Part shown: piece after piece, positions 49,198-61,971 of the stretch | How positions within the stretch are numbered: position 1 is the stretch's first letter | Layout of the letters: each line of letters starts with the position of its first letter | Origin: Ptychomitrium polyphyllum | Taxonomy: Eukaryota | Direction of reading: 5' to 3' | Length of the DNA stretch: 64,000 nucleotides | Assembly (NCBI GenBank): GCA_973851085.1 | Contig: OZ316775.1 | Coordinates: 18,662,001-18,726,000, forward strand | Notes under the pieces: generated by a model | Databases searched by the model: none | What the model was told of the DNA's origin: nothing | Seen by the model: only the letters and a program-made list of their open reading frames with translations | Made by a program: the position numbers and the translations under genes

Positions 49198-51878
49198 AGT
49201 AGGATCCTTCTTTCACCACCTTTTCCTTTTCGTGGGTCCTTCTCTTTCTCTTCTTCTCTTCTTTTCTTCTTCTCTTTGTGGGTGTTTCTCTTTTTTTTCT
49301 TGTCTTCCTAGGTTCCTCTCTTTCCTTTGCAATGCCATAGTAGAAAGAAATGTAAAAGTCAAATAAATTTTTAGTTACTAAATGAAAACGATTTTTGTTA
49401 TGGAATACCAAAAAAGATCAAATATTCTACCTTGAACTTGAGGAGCTAAGAATTAAATCTATATAATTGGATTATGATGAGTATATGCAATACAAATGCA
49501 TTTTAGTAATAACCAAAATCAACTTGAAATCTATGATTACTTTACCTCATCTAGTGACTGGTTGTAAAGTTATAATAGTTTTAGACAAAAAATAATTTAA
49601 TAGTATTTGTATGCAAAAAACTTTGCAAGCATAGTTAATAAATACATTCATTTTGAATAAAAACTTTAAGCATTAAATAAAAATTTAGCACAAGAATGCC
49701 TTTCTATTTAACAAATAATAATTTGGTTTATTAAACTTTAAAATTTAAAATACTTTTATTTATTTTATATTACTTTTTGTTGGATTTATTATATTAAAGA
49801 ACAATGCAAATAAATACTAATTTTCAATTTGATTTTTAATTCTATTAGAAATTTTATTTGTAGAGCAATACATTGATACTTCAAAGAAGTTCATCAAGAT
49901 AATTTGATGCTTTTAAAAAGCATCATAATCATGTTTTAAAGATGATTTGAGGATTATGTTTTTATAATATTAATACAACTCCTTGTTTTTTTTTATATTA
50001 TAAATTTGTTTTTATAAATAATAAGATGTTAGCATGTTATATGTAATGAAAATAAAAAGCTTCATATCAACCTATTCTTAGATTATGACTCTTATACCTT
50101 ATCAATAAAATAAAGACTTACTTATTTATATAAAATTGCATGCCATTCCAAATTTATTTAATGTTGAATTAATATGAAAAATTTTAGCTATTGATTATTT
50201 GATATGATTTATGAAAGTATCAAAAGAATGATTTGAATTCTATTAATGTATGATCAAATATGAATTTAATTAGATTTTTTAAATCTAATAAATTAAAATT
50301 GATAAAAATTAATATTTTAAAAATTAATTTGTATATAGATTTTATCTTATGTTAACTAATAATAGATGTTTTACATAATTTGTATCATTTCAAATAATAT
50401 TATAATATGTTTTTTATAAATATTATATTATTACAAAATTCATTAAATAATTTACAAATTTCGTGTTACTTTAATAAATTAATAGATACCAATGTTTTTA
50501 ATATTAGTTAAATAATACTATTATCATCATCTTTTGAATGCGATATTATTTCAAATATTAATTGTTGTAAATGCCTATATATGTTGTTTTAAATAATAAT
50601 AGCTATATATTTATAAATTTTGTTAAAAAGATCTAATTTTATATCAAAAGACATACAATCCTTCATAAAATAAGCACTTGCAATCTTCCTAGTCTATCAT
50701 AATGCAACTACAGCAAAAAACTTAATACCAAGTATTTTATGAAATGGAAATTGGAAATGATTTCAACATGATTCAATCTTTCATGCAAAAAAAAATTGTC
50801 AAATATTGAGTATTTATGGCTTTATTATTATAACTTTGAAATTTATATTATACACTCTAAATTGATGAAAAATTTGTAATATAATAAATAATAGAACTTC
50901 TTAAAGTAAGGAGCTTTATTAAAATAAGTGTTTCTAAATCTTTTGGTTTATTACTAAAATTATAGATTAATCTTATTTTAAATTTGATAATTACAATGGT
51001 TGATTTATGTCACTATGTAATATTATTCATATTGGCATACAAATGGTACTTTCAATTTATCATATATACACATGCCAATTATAAGTGGTCTTGATATTAC
51101 GATGTTAGTGCCGTATTTATTATGTGGTATTTAAATATTATACTTTAATGTGCGTTGGAAAGTTTTTACTTAAAAATATGAGTTAATAAAATAAATTATA
51201 TTTTATCAATAATACTCATATTTGGTTATTTTAAATTCACTCGTATTGGTGTTTAATAGTAGAATTAGCAACCTTACACAATTAAATGGCTAAACATCAG
51301 TAGCATGCTTATGAATTTGTCACAATTTTCACAATTTCATAATTTGTTTAGAATTTAGTATTTCCAACATAGCTTTGGATTTTTTTTGAATTTTCACAAT
51401 TTAATTCTTATGCCACATATTTGTTACATAATTTATTAATTAATTTTTAATTTTATAATTTTATATTTGAATATAGTACTTGTGGCATTTCTAACTAGTT
51501 GCTCACTTTTACAAGTAAATTAATTGCCGCTTACTTTATATCGCAAAAAACTTATTTTTTTTAATTAGAAGAATCTTGCTTGTTAGCTTTTAGATTTTGT
51601 GACTTGGTATTATATATAAAAATATCTAGGCTACTAATCTATTAGGAATGCATTTTATTTTAATCCGCATTTACCTCCATATAAATATACGCTACAAAGT
51701 ATTTGAAAAATTCATTTAATATTTAAAACTTTTAAAACAACTACAAGTTTTTTTTTTGGCCAAGGATATTATTTTAAAAAGAGCTTAGATAAGCCCTCAT
51801 TATATACAACATTACAACTAGAAGTACAAAACATCAACATGTTTTGATAACCACATTATGATATACACAATTAATTAT

Positions 51879-51991
51879 CATTGAAAAGAACTTGAAATGT
51901 TTATGTGAATTATCCAACTTTGAGGCAAGATAATTAGAATTAACCATGAATGTTCTCCATTCTACTACAAACAATACAAAGCTATTTCAGC
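51879..51991 (-). mobile_element. Decayed hAT-family transposase C-terminal (dimerisation domain) remnant
   Basis: Minus strand reads AEIAL / VVEWRTFMVNSNYLASKLDNSHKHFKFFSM, resembling the hAT C-terminal pattern S-VE-ERTFS-L-Y-KSKLRN-L--HL as I recall it. Confidence 0.45.
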
Positions 51992-52081
51992 TCAAAGATT
52001 TTGCTATAAAAGATGCAACTAAATAAGATAAATGATTTACAAATAAATACTTGATCTCTTGGCCATGCTTTCTTGTTTGTG

Positions 52082-52204
52082 TTTCTAATGGTCAAATCCA
52101 ATTCTACCATTATTGATTATTATCTTCTCTTAAATCTAAGAATTATTAAGTTTGACAAAAAAAAAATTGTCAAGAATGGTTAGAATTGGATCAAACCATA
52201 GAAA
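52082..52204. repeat. Imperfect foldback (inverted repeat) element
   Basis: TTTCTAATGGTCAAATCCAATTCTACCATT (52082-52111) pairs with AATGGTTAGAATTGGATCAAACCATAGAAA (52175-52204). Nested hairpin TTGACAA-An-TTGTCAA at 52152-52173. Confidence 0.65.
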
Positions 52205-54074
52205 ATGGTAAAATTAGACAAGAGTGCTTTTTTGTCACCTATTATTGCCTTAAACATGATCCACCTCAATTGTTAAAGGATGTTATGTCAAAAGTAATTT
52301 ATAGTTTGAATGTAATTGGCTCTCACTACAAAGACATGAGTTTACAGAAGCATCAAGGTAATATTTACATTACATCCTATTATTGCAACTTAAATGTTAT
52401 ACTAAATTTAATCCTTTAAGTTCTAATAAGATGCCCATTTAGAATTTTAAATCATATTTCCATTTCTTTTCAATGAAGATGATTAAAATAGCTAATTATG
52501 TACTCATATACAATGTAACAAAGATGTGAAACAATCCAATGGCACTTTTTCTATAACTTATATTGTAATTAATTTGCAATGTAGAGTTTCCTGGCTTTAG
52601 AGCGAAATTATAGAATGTAGGCTAGAATCACCTTTTGCCACTCTTGTTTGATAGAATAGGTTACCTTCCAGCAACTAATAGTACAACACGTGAAGAAAGA
52701 GGAGGGGGTCAAAGCAAAGGGGGAAGAATGCCACTGGGTTAGGGTTTTGGTTGAGAAGATCCTGTCCCCATTATGTACAGGATTGCCACCAGTTTAAAGT
52801 GTTAACTTAATATCCCAATTTCCCATACTATCACTCCAACATGAATACTTGCAACCACCAGTCAACTGACACATGTAGGGCCCACGGATCTGCATATTCT
52901 CATAAACTTGGGGGCCCAAATTCCAAATTCGTCATCAGAAAAATGTCTTCGCTAACTTAAATCATACTAAGTAAAGATACTCTGGGATGGATGGGAATTG
53001 GTGTGGATGGGGGATGAATGAACATTAGCTGCATGTAACGATAGGCCAAAGTTGTCTTTGTGGATATTGAATTGTGAGGCATGGGCTTGGCACATGGGCT
53101 TTTGCAAATAGATGAAAATGGATCATGTCTCCAACTCAGCCTATGCTTGTCTCATATGCCCCCACATTCTCCCCTACCTACCCTGAAAGCATCAACTGAC
53201 AACAATACTCACCAACATGACTCAAAATGACTCGACATGACTCGACTTAGGAAATCATCTCCATGTCCAGTAGGACAATCTCCACTGAGTTACATTTGCA
53301 CATCTTGCCAGGGGCTCTGCCTTTCAGGTTTCTCCGTATGCCTGTTTTTCTCATTTCGTTCTTAGAAAAGTATGAAATCAAAAGTTACTTTCTCAAACAC
53401 GACTCTGTTTTTGAAGGAATGTCACTCATAATGCCCATATTAACCTTTAGCCCCCAAAATGTGAACTTTAAGGATTCTTCTAATCTAAAAGGTGGATGAA
53501 TGCATACTCTTAAGGATGAAGCTCTGTTCAACGCTCAGCAAAATATCTAGCGCACAAGCATAAAAGTAAAATTGTGCAAACTTCAGGGAACAGGCAGTGC
53601 TTGTCCATACATGTGACATGCTGGACTAACTAATATTATGGATTGATAAGCATGAACATTGAATCTGGATTCTCAAATGAATTTTGTCATGTTGAGGTTC
53701 TGAGGACGACATGAAATTCCTTGATATAAGTCTTCACACCCTCTGTCAATTTAGGGGCTTATCACATGACAGGAAATCCTTAGATATAGGCATCTCACAT
53801 TGATCCATACAATTATTGGTTGAGAGAAAATCAAAGGAGTGACACAAATGACTTTCATCAACATTTTAACTCTAGATTTTGCATTAGGTTTTAGTTAAAA
53901 ATCTACATGGCAATAAAGTAAATTTACAAGGCACAATAAATGCTATTCAAGGAAGTACACAAAAAAGGGAGAAATACATGGAAAAGAAATAGTAGAATGT
54001 CAACATCCTTGGAAATCTTGGAATTGCTGCACTGTGGGGTTTCTTCTAGTCAAATACATTGAGGTTTCTTGTTT

Positions 54075-54485
54075 TTGATTACTTCTGTGTGCTTAGGGTT
54101 TGTTGTCTCTGCAGGTTCTTGGGCATCTTTTCTTCATCATTCTGCTCTTTCTTGCAGTCAACTCATTGCTATTCCTGGCAATTTGATGTGTGTTGAGTTA
54201 ACTTGGTTGCTATACTCTTGTCTTCCTCAATGGTTTGTTGATCCATTTCTTTCTTGGTGCTGCAACCTCTGCTTCAACGCCCATGGAGTTTGCTTGGTTG
54301 CCACAACATTCTGCCTGCAGCCTTCTGTTGCTCAATCTCCACCTGTTGAATTTTCTACCTTCAAAACACTTCAAGTTCATTGCAAGATGTGTCATACCTG
54401 ATCTAGAAGAAATCAAGAGAAAACCAGAGTTCACCTTCAAGTGCAAAAAGGGTTCACTAAACCCTAAACACACAGAAGTAATCAA
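54075..54485. repeat. 27-bp inverted repeats (1 mismatch) bracketing a 411-bp segment
   Basis: TTGATTACTTCTGTGTGCTTAGGGTTT (54075-54101) versus AAACCCTAAACACACAGAAGTAATCAA (54459-54485). Confidence 0.8.
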
Positions 54486-55137
54486 TCTTACTCAGTGACA
54501 AGGTACACCAGGCAAGTAAAAGTGCGTGGTATTGATTGGAAAACTTCAAAATCCCAGTTCCAAGAATTAATAACCTCAAAACTTGTGTGAAAATATCAAT
54601 ATAGTATTGTAATAAGCATGCATAACAGTTTTGAATAAGTCCATTCACATTTCTGGAATTGTGGGATGACTTGCATTAAAATTAGTTCCATTACAGCTGA
54701 TCCTTTAGAGAATTACAGAAAGTGGAAAGAGTCATGAATGAACAACAGGAACTCAGAATGGACGCACCTATCTGTAAAAAAATCACTACCTTTTCCACTC
54801 GAAAGTAGCAGATCCTAAGGAAGAGATCAGATTACGGGAGTTTGATCAATTTAGATCAAGTCATAATACTCTATCCCGAAGATACTACTATATAACCCGT
54901 TGTTGAAATAACTTGACGGAACAGAAAGCTACTCTACTATCGCTCTAATGACTTGTTTAATGCCAACATGAGGGTAGTGGTCTATAATTAGTTCATATTT
55001 CAGTAATAAACCAGAGCAGGATCAGCAAGCATGGACGTGCACGGAACCATAGAATATGGTATTCATCTGAGCGAAGGCCAAATTAACGCACATTAGAATG
55101 TAATTTTTCTAATTGCAGAACCATGCATGTGAAAATG

Positions 55138-58100
55138 CTACTCAACTTCCGCAACAATCCGTTTCTTTCTAGCAGGAGTATGATTTATTGCTCCAGGAGC
55201 ACTGTGAGCCCGTTTCCGGCTTTCTTTCTTCCTTTCAGACTCAGTAACAGCATGTCGCAATTTGTTAGCCTTGTATATAGGTTTTGGCAAGTGTCGGTGT
55301 CTACAAAACCACCATGACCAATATACAGAGGTGAGATTAAAGGAACGATTCACAAATAGCTTCTAAAGTACGAAATAATTTCAATTTGTGTAGTCTAGAT
55401 CCGTCGCAGTTCACGTACCTTCACTAGTGAGTACCAATTAACACAACACAATAACAATAAACAGAACTTCAAATGATCCACCAATATACCTATCGATGCG
55501 ATTGATTTCGGGTAGATGCTTGTAGCGTTGTTTGACAGCAGCCAAATATGCGTGTCTTTGTTTTTCCCTTGGGACTAACTGCAATGCCAAATACAATCAC
55601 CACATGTCAGTTTACTCTTTCGAACTCACATAAACCTCTCGTAGATAAGTAACAGATGATGAATTGTGCAATTGAAACAGCCCATACCACTCCAAGTTGC
55701 TCAGAAGCCTTCGCCTTCCACACCCGAATATTGGTGTCATCACTTCCAGAAAGTACGTACGTTGCATCACCACTAAAATTCACCGAAAAAACCCTGCCAA
55801 AAAATAAAGATGAATCACATGAGAGGAAAAATAGTTACAGGACTTATCAAGTTATGGGGCCATCTTGCAGAGACTTCAGCTCTGCCTCTCAAAGTAATTG
55901 TAGAAAGGTAATGACCTAATTCACTTTACTCGACTTTATGGCACGCTACATGAGAATCTAAATTACCACAATAAGGAAACATACTCTGCACCATGCAGTA
56001 CTTCAAAAGGCAGAGCAGGCACCTTTGCATTCGTTTGGTGTGATAGACCTCCCTACTGTGACCTCCATTATATGGAAAAATCCTAACCTGCACGTACGTA
56101 ATAGTATATATACTAGAAAAGTAAGATAAATCGTTTGTGAAACAGAATATACAAACATACAATTCACTGTAATGACAGCAACCAGAGAACCTGAATACAC
56201 AATCACTTCAATGCTTATGATAATGTCATCTGGCCTTTAAAATATCAAAATCTAACCAAACAACTCGAGATAGCAGTAGCTGAAAGTCAATATGATACAT
56301 GGAACTCTCCAATTATTCCGCAAGCAGCAGAATGCAAGGATATAGGTTGTAAAGCAGACTCACCGTCCTATCATATGAACCTGTCACAAATTCTCGTCCT
56401 GTCGGTGAATAATCTATAGTCATTCTGCAAGTATGCCCAGAACATCGAAAAATTACAAGGGGAATAAATCATTTCTGACTCACTTATTAACCAAATGAAA
56501 ACATGCAGAAAACAACTTTCCTTATGCAGTTGAAATGTTCGGACGCCTGTGCTATTGTATAAATGTGTGGGAATATGGGCACATGTAAAAACATCTTAAC
56601 ACAGGAAACCATGACGAGCCACAGATTAAACACATCAACCATCGGATGCACCTTGATTGATCTTCTAGTAGCATAACCATGCGTAAGAGATAGCAGGAAC
56701 GCAAACAAGAATATACCCGACATACTGAAAGGACTTTGGATACCTCAAAACATAAAGCCAAATAAGAAACGTTAACTAAATAATCGCATAGAAACTTACA
56801 CAGCTGACACATGATCTTTATGAATACACATGGAATAATTTAGTTTACGCATGTCATAGCTGTAGCAGTTTCCATCCTCATTGGCCTGAATCCACAAACC
56901 AGGAATGCATTCACTGAGATGAAGAGTCATGTTGCCGCAAAAACAAAGAAGGCATATACTATGCTGCAGTCTATAACAGTATCATTATCGACAATTCTCA
57001 GAGAACTTACAGCCGTGAAATTCATTGGTTCTCGAGGATTCCATGCCACAGCATTGGTCTTTGTCTGCATATACGACAAAAGTAGCGCAAGCAGCACCAG
57101 TACATCATTAGTAAACAAAAAAAAGTTTTGCAGATCCTAACTTATCTTTTCATACAAACACCATTGTCAATGTCAGATTAATGTATAATGCTTATCTCTT
57201 GTGTAATCACTCTTCCTCTTGCCATCGGTAAAAGAATCATGCGAGTGGGACTGATACAGTAGTAGATTACCTGCATGATCAATTTCCTCAATGGTGTTCC
57301 CAATCGAAGGTCATACAAAGCGATACTCCGGTCACTGGCCCATCAAAATCCCAAACTTTCGCGGGTTTAGAAACAACCTCAAAAAGAGACGACCATTCCA
57401 CACGAGTGGTTATAAAAAGGGAGGGATTAAGAACAGAAAACATTTCAACTCACTGCATTAAATCTTTCAAAAAGGCAACCTATAAATTGTAACTGTTTTG
57501 ACAATCAATGCAGCGTCCCATTCAATAGATACTCTTAGGAATGAAGAAATATGTATCGAAGCACCTGGCAGTAGTAGCAAACACATCGTGCTCAGCTGGA
57601 TTGAACCGTAGTGAAAGTATAGAGTCTGCGCCCCAGGAGAACGTGTTGATTGGCTCTGACCTACCACACCAGGCAATACAAACAAACACTTAGTTAAAAA
57701 CAATTAGAAGCTGGGAGAATCATTCGAACCTACACCTTACAAACAGTGATGCAGGTCTGGTAAACTTAAGCGATTGCAATTACATCCTTCACTTTGAGAT
57801 ATATATCCTGCTAAGCAGATGGTGTCACCTATGCATCCATGCCATTAGTCACACCTCAGGCATATGAAAAAATTCCCTGCAACAAGATGTTATCTTCTAA
57901 CTATTAAAGTAACAAACCACTAAATGGATGGTGCGCGAGTCTGAATTTATAAAACATGTACTGAAGTAAAAACATTAATTTCAATTTTGACCACTATAAA
58001 AATGGAATGGAGAAGATCCAACACCTGTCGTGGTCCCAAACATCAACCTGAGCACCCCCTGTTGCAAATATTTTACTGTTCCATTGATAATCTACAGCCC

Positions 58101-59679
58101 TGAAAGCATTTTTGCCTTGATATGTTGCCACGGGCTGCAAGAACAGAAGAATTTCAATACTTTGCACCTGATAATTTGTGTAGTTCGCTGATGTATTCCC
58201 AATACCTCACAAGGAATACTAACATACAACTTGGTTTGTAATTATCATCCCAACTGAATGCATAAGAGCCTTCCAATGGAAAATTTATAAACATCTACCT
58301 TAGTAGATTGTGATCTCTACATTTGCAATTCAACTAGTTATGCATATCCTGAAAACTTGAAATTCATAAGCATTTCCACAAAACTTTGTAAGCACCTCTA
58401 CAATATCAATATCGTCACCGGTAGACTCCCCAGTAAACGCAGACGGTACTTCCCACAATCGCACTCTGCAATACAGGAGAACGTCAGTCCTGCAATTCTC
58501 GTGTGCCTGAGTAGCCGCTGTAGATTGTGGAGACACAAAGTAAAATCCCAAACAGGATGAGAGCAACAGAAGCAAAGAAATAAAGGCAGTATGAAGAAAA
58601 TTAATCCGGTGAAGGAGGTCCTCAACAACTTTGTTTATCCCAAAATTGTGCACCTTGCGAACAGACTAAAAGGCCAACATGGGCTACCTTATGAGAGACT
58701 AACCGTATAGCTAGTCCTAAAAACATGGCGAGAGTATAACATGCTTACGTGCAGTCGTCCCCACACGATACCAAGTGCTCTCCATCTGAAGAAATAGCCA
58801 ACCCCCGAACGGCCCCCTTATGCCCTGGAAACTGCCTCACAGTACGCCTGTACAACCAAACCCAAGTTTTTAGACAACTTGAAGTGACGAGGATACGAAA
58901 CACTAAGCACGCAGGATACACCAATCGCTCAAAGACTAGTTGTCATGACTTTGGAAAAGTTTCTATATCCGTACCTGTATGCTACATCCCACAGCCGAAT
59001 ATCTGCATAAAGAAAGCCACAGAAATTTTTTACCAAATTGACAAACAAACCAACGCTCCACTTGCCTTGTATAAGTAAACAGTGACTGTAGTTTCATATA
59101 AATTATGCTTTTAAAAAAAATAATCACACTCTCATAAGAACAACGGCGACCATACCTCCGTCCAAGGAGGCCGACACAAGACAGTTCAGCCGACGCGGGT
59201 TCTTGACCATGCAGGAGACCCCATCCCCATGACCATTCAAAGCGCCCACAAACGGCTTTGCGAACACCTGCGCACAAGTCAACTTTCTTAATCACAATCC
59301 ATTTCAACTTCCCTTGCTTCCATTCCAGCTAAACCAAAACTCCGCTAGATTCCAATATCCACACTCTCTCCTCATCCAATAAACCACAGCACCCGTAACC
59401 TAAACCCCAAGGCAAACCAACAATACCTTGTCCAATTTGGCCGCGTTGACAGCGCGAACATACTCGTGCGCCCTCTCCTGCGGGTGCAGACTGGGATCCA
59501 GGTTCCGAAACACCTTCTGCTCTTCCCAAGCTACACCCAATCAGACCAACGTTGCAAAGCCCTAAATTGGAACGACCACGAAAGCAAATAACGAAGCATC
59601 TTCTGGTCCAAACCTGCAAGTCCTGGCTGCGCTCCTTGGTGAAATCTTCTTCGGCCCGGGCAATGACCTTGACCTTCAT
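55138..59679 (-). CDS. DCAF13: DDB1- and CUL4-associated factor 13 / SOF1 (WD40 U3 snoRNP protein)
   Basis: Multi-exon gene from ATG 59679: MKVKVIARAEEDFTKERSQDLQKVFRNLDPSLHPQERAHEYVRAVNAAKLDK, AWNPREPMNFTAANED, DYSPTGREFVTGSYDRT, SREVYHTKRMQRVF, SGSDDTNIRVWKAKASE, HRHLPKPIY. TAG at 55138-55140. Confidence 0.96.
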
Positions 59680-60678
59680 GTTGGTAAGGCGACAGAGGTG
59701 TGGCAATGCATGTGCGAAACCAGCGATCAATCGCTGCAATACTCTTCGCCCTTCGCTCCTTCCTCCCAAACCTGCAATGCAATCAGGGTTTAAGGTTTTA
59801 CGTTTCCACGCACCTCAAATACTGATGAATGTTAGATGAATGTCGAATGAATTTTTAATAAGTCTCGGATGAAATAAATTATGAATGTGCGATGAATGTC
59901 GGGTGGATGTCTGGGTTCGGGCGGATAAGAGGCAGCACATGCACCCCATTTTATTTCAATTGCATTTTTGCCTCCCTTATGACGAGGGGAACTTTTGAAA
60001 TAAAAGTAATTTGGACCAGTTAGGGCTACAGTACCTCTAGTGCGTACTTTTTACTTTTCTTCATGTCATGTCATACTATATACTAATATGTTTTGGACAT
60101 GGTTAGTTCTAGTTATCTTCAAAACATTTTAATATTTGTATGTATTTTATACATGTGTTTGTGTATAAATAAGTAGTGAAATGAATGATATGACAGGCAT
60201 CATTTAGGTAGTAAATATACATTTTTTAAGTATAATTTATATCTATATGCAAGAAAAATAATCCAAGTAGCTTGGAAGCATTTAACTTGTGATAAAATAT
60301 AAATTATGTTAACATATGTTTTAGCAAAAGACAATACTTTCTACAATCTTGCTTCTTTTTTCACCTCTCTTGTACATATGATTAGAATGCATATTTCAAC
60401 ACAACAAGGTTCATCAATTTTTGACCAATCCATTTATAATCTATTGTTAGGAGTATTCTTTCAATAAATAGGAAACAACTTTCTTGTTTGTGAATGAAAA
60501 ATTGGTTTGATTTCTAAACATTATAATTTTTACACAAATACCTCTTAAAAATTCTTAACTCATTAAAATATATTACAAAAATATGGCTCAAATTTCGCTA
60601 GACTTTAAACCTTATTTATATCCACCACATATTGTAAAAAAATTATACGATGGTGAAAAAGGGAGTTTAATTTACAAC

Positions 60679-60712
60679 AATATCCAAGGTGGGTTGACCC
60701 ACCTTGGATATT
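60679..60712. repeat. Perfect 16-bp-arm hairpin / near-palindrome
   Basis: AATATCCAAGGTGGGT-TG-ACCCACCTTGGATATT. Confidence 0.9.
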
Positions 60713-61721
60713 TTATTTTTGGTAGTAGTGATGGCATGTAGGATCAAAATTTCATGACAAAGTACATAGAATATTCTTTATCAGATAAAGAACATGCTAC
60801 ACACCACAAATTGCCATCCTGAGAGGATTATTTCTAGTTCAAATATTTATTCACTGATTTCACGCAAACGCTAAATCCTCAGGATTATGATTTCAAATTA
60901 TCCTCAAAAGTTTTAAAATTTGAAAAAAAATATTTACCTATTTAAAAACCTGATTGCCTAATTACCCGGAAAGGCCCTTCCGAAGCAACCCAAAGTCCAC
61001 ACATGATTGAGAAGGAACCTAGCAAACTTCACCGTGGCCCCAACCATTCCCTCGACAGGCTTTATTCCCATACCCACAGGTAGCATGCGGAAAAAATCAT
61101 AGTCCTCAATAATTTGAACTCATGTTTCTGTAATATATGCTGGAAATGCTAATGGTATGATAATTAGGAAGAATCGAGTGTTGCACAATTTGTGTTTCTC
61201 TTTCTTATAGATGTTCTTAAAGCTGAAAAAAAAACCATATAGTAAGGGACAGAGGGACATTTTGTCCAAAGAAACATGGTACAAAGTGTTGCACATGTAT
61301 TGGCTGAGGGTATTTAAAATTCTACAACCAAGTTCGTTTTGGGTTGCCCTTACCCTCCATGGACATCCTTGTTAATATGTCAAGTTTGCTTAGATCTCGA
61401 CACTCATTACCGTTACACATGTAAAGTTGTAGGATCCTGATGCAGGTGTAGGCAATGTTCTCAAAATCAACACTCTCTGTAAACGCAACACTACCAGTAT
61501 GCGTTCAGACTGTGAACTAGCACCCTTTGGGTAGATAAGAGATGCGTACTTAAAACCGTATTCAACTGTTGTTCAACATTGCAATGTGTGAGATCTATGA
61601 AATTTGTAGATAGTGTTGCTTTCGGATCATCGTGTCGGTTTTTGAATATGCATTTATGAACATTTGTTTGGGGTACAGTAACCTTTAAAAAAATTTAATC
61701 TCCTTAACAGGCTTGGCTCCG

Positions 61722-61971
61722 ATTCTCAAAATAGCTACAGTATATCGGATCTAATTTTGAGTATAGGGACTCTAATTTCAAATTTAATCATTTACAAATA
61801 CTTCTCATACACCAGGGACCGTTTACTGGGAAAACGGAACAGAAGAACTGCGAGGGACTGTTCATCGACTGTTTGGGCTAACAAATGCACACCGGAAAGC
61901 CATCACTACTCCCAAACCCGACACTTTGAGTGCTAATCGTAGATCCCACTTACTGTAGCTATTTTGAGAAT
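61722..61971. mobile_element. MITE-like element, 250 bp, with 21-bp perfect terminal inverted repeats
   Basis: ATTCTCAAAATAGCTACAGTA (61722-61742) versus TACTGTAGCTATTTTGAGAAT (61951-61971), extending inward via GGATCTA/TAGATCC. No clear target-site duplication. Confidence 0.6.

Larger units (their letters stand above)
49340..52560. other. Very AT-rich island; probable decayed transposon DNA
   Basis: Extreme A+T content and no credible ORF. Contains a hAT-like remnant and a foldback repeat, listed separately. Confidence 0.45.

Noticed and set aside
48729..49311. 141-aa and 119-aa ORFs on +
   Set aside because: Antisense to the UKL leader/promoter and partly built from CT simple repeats.
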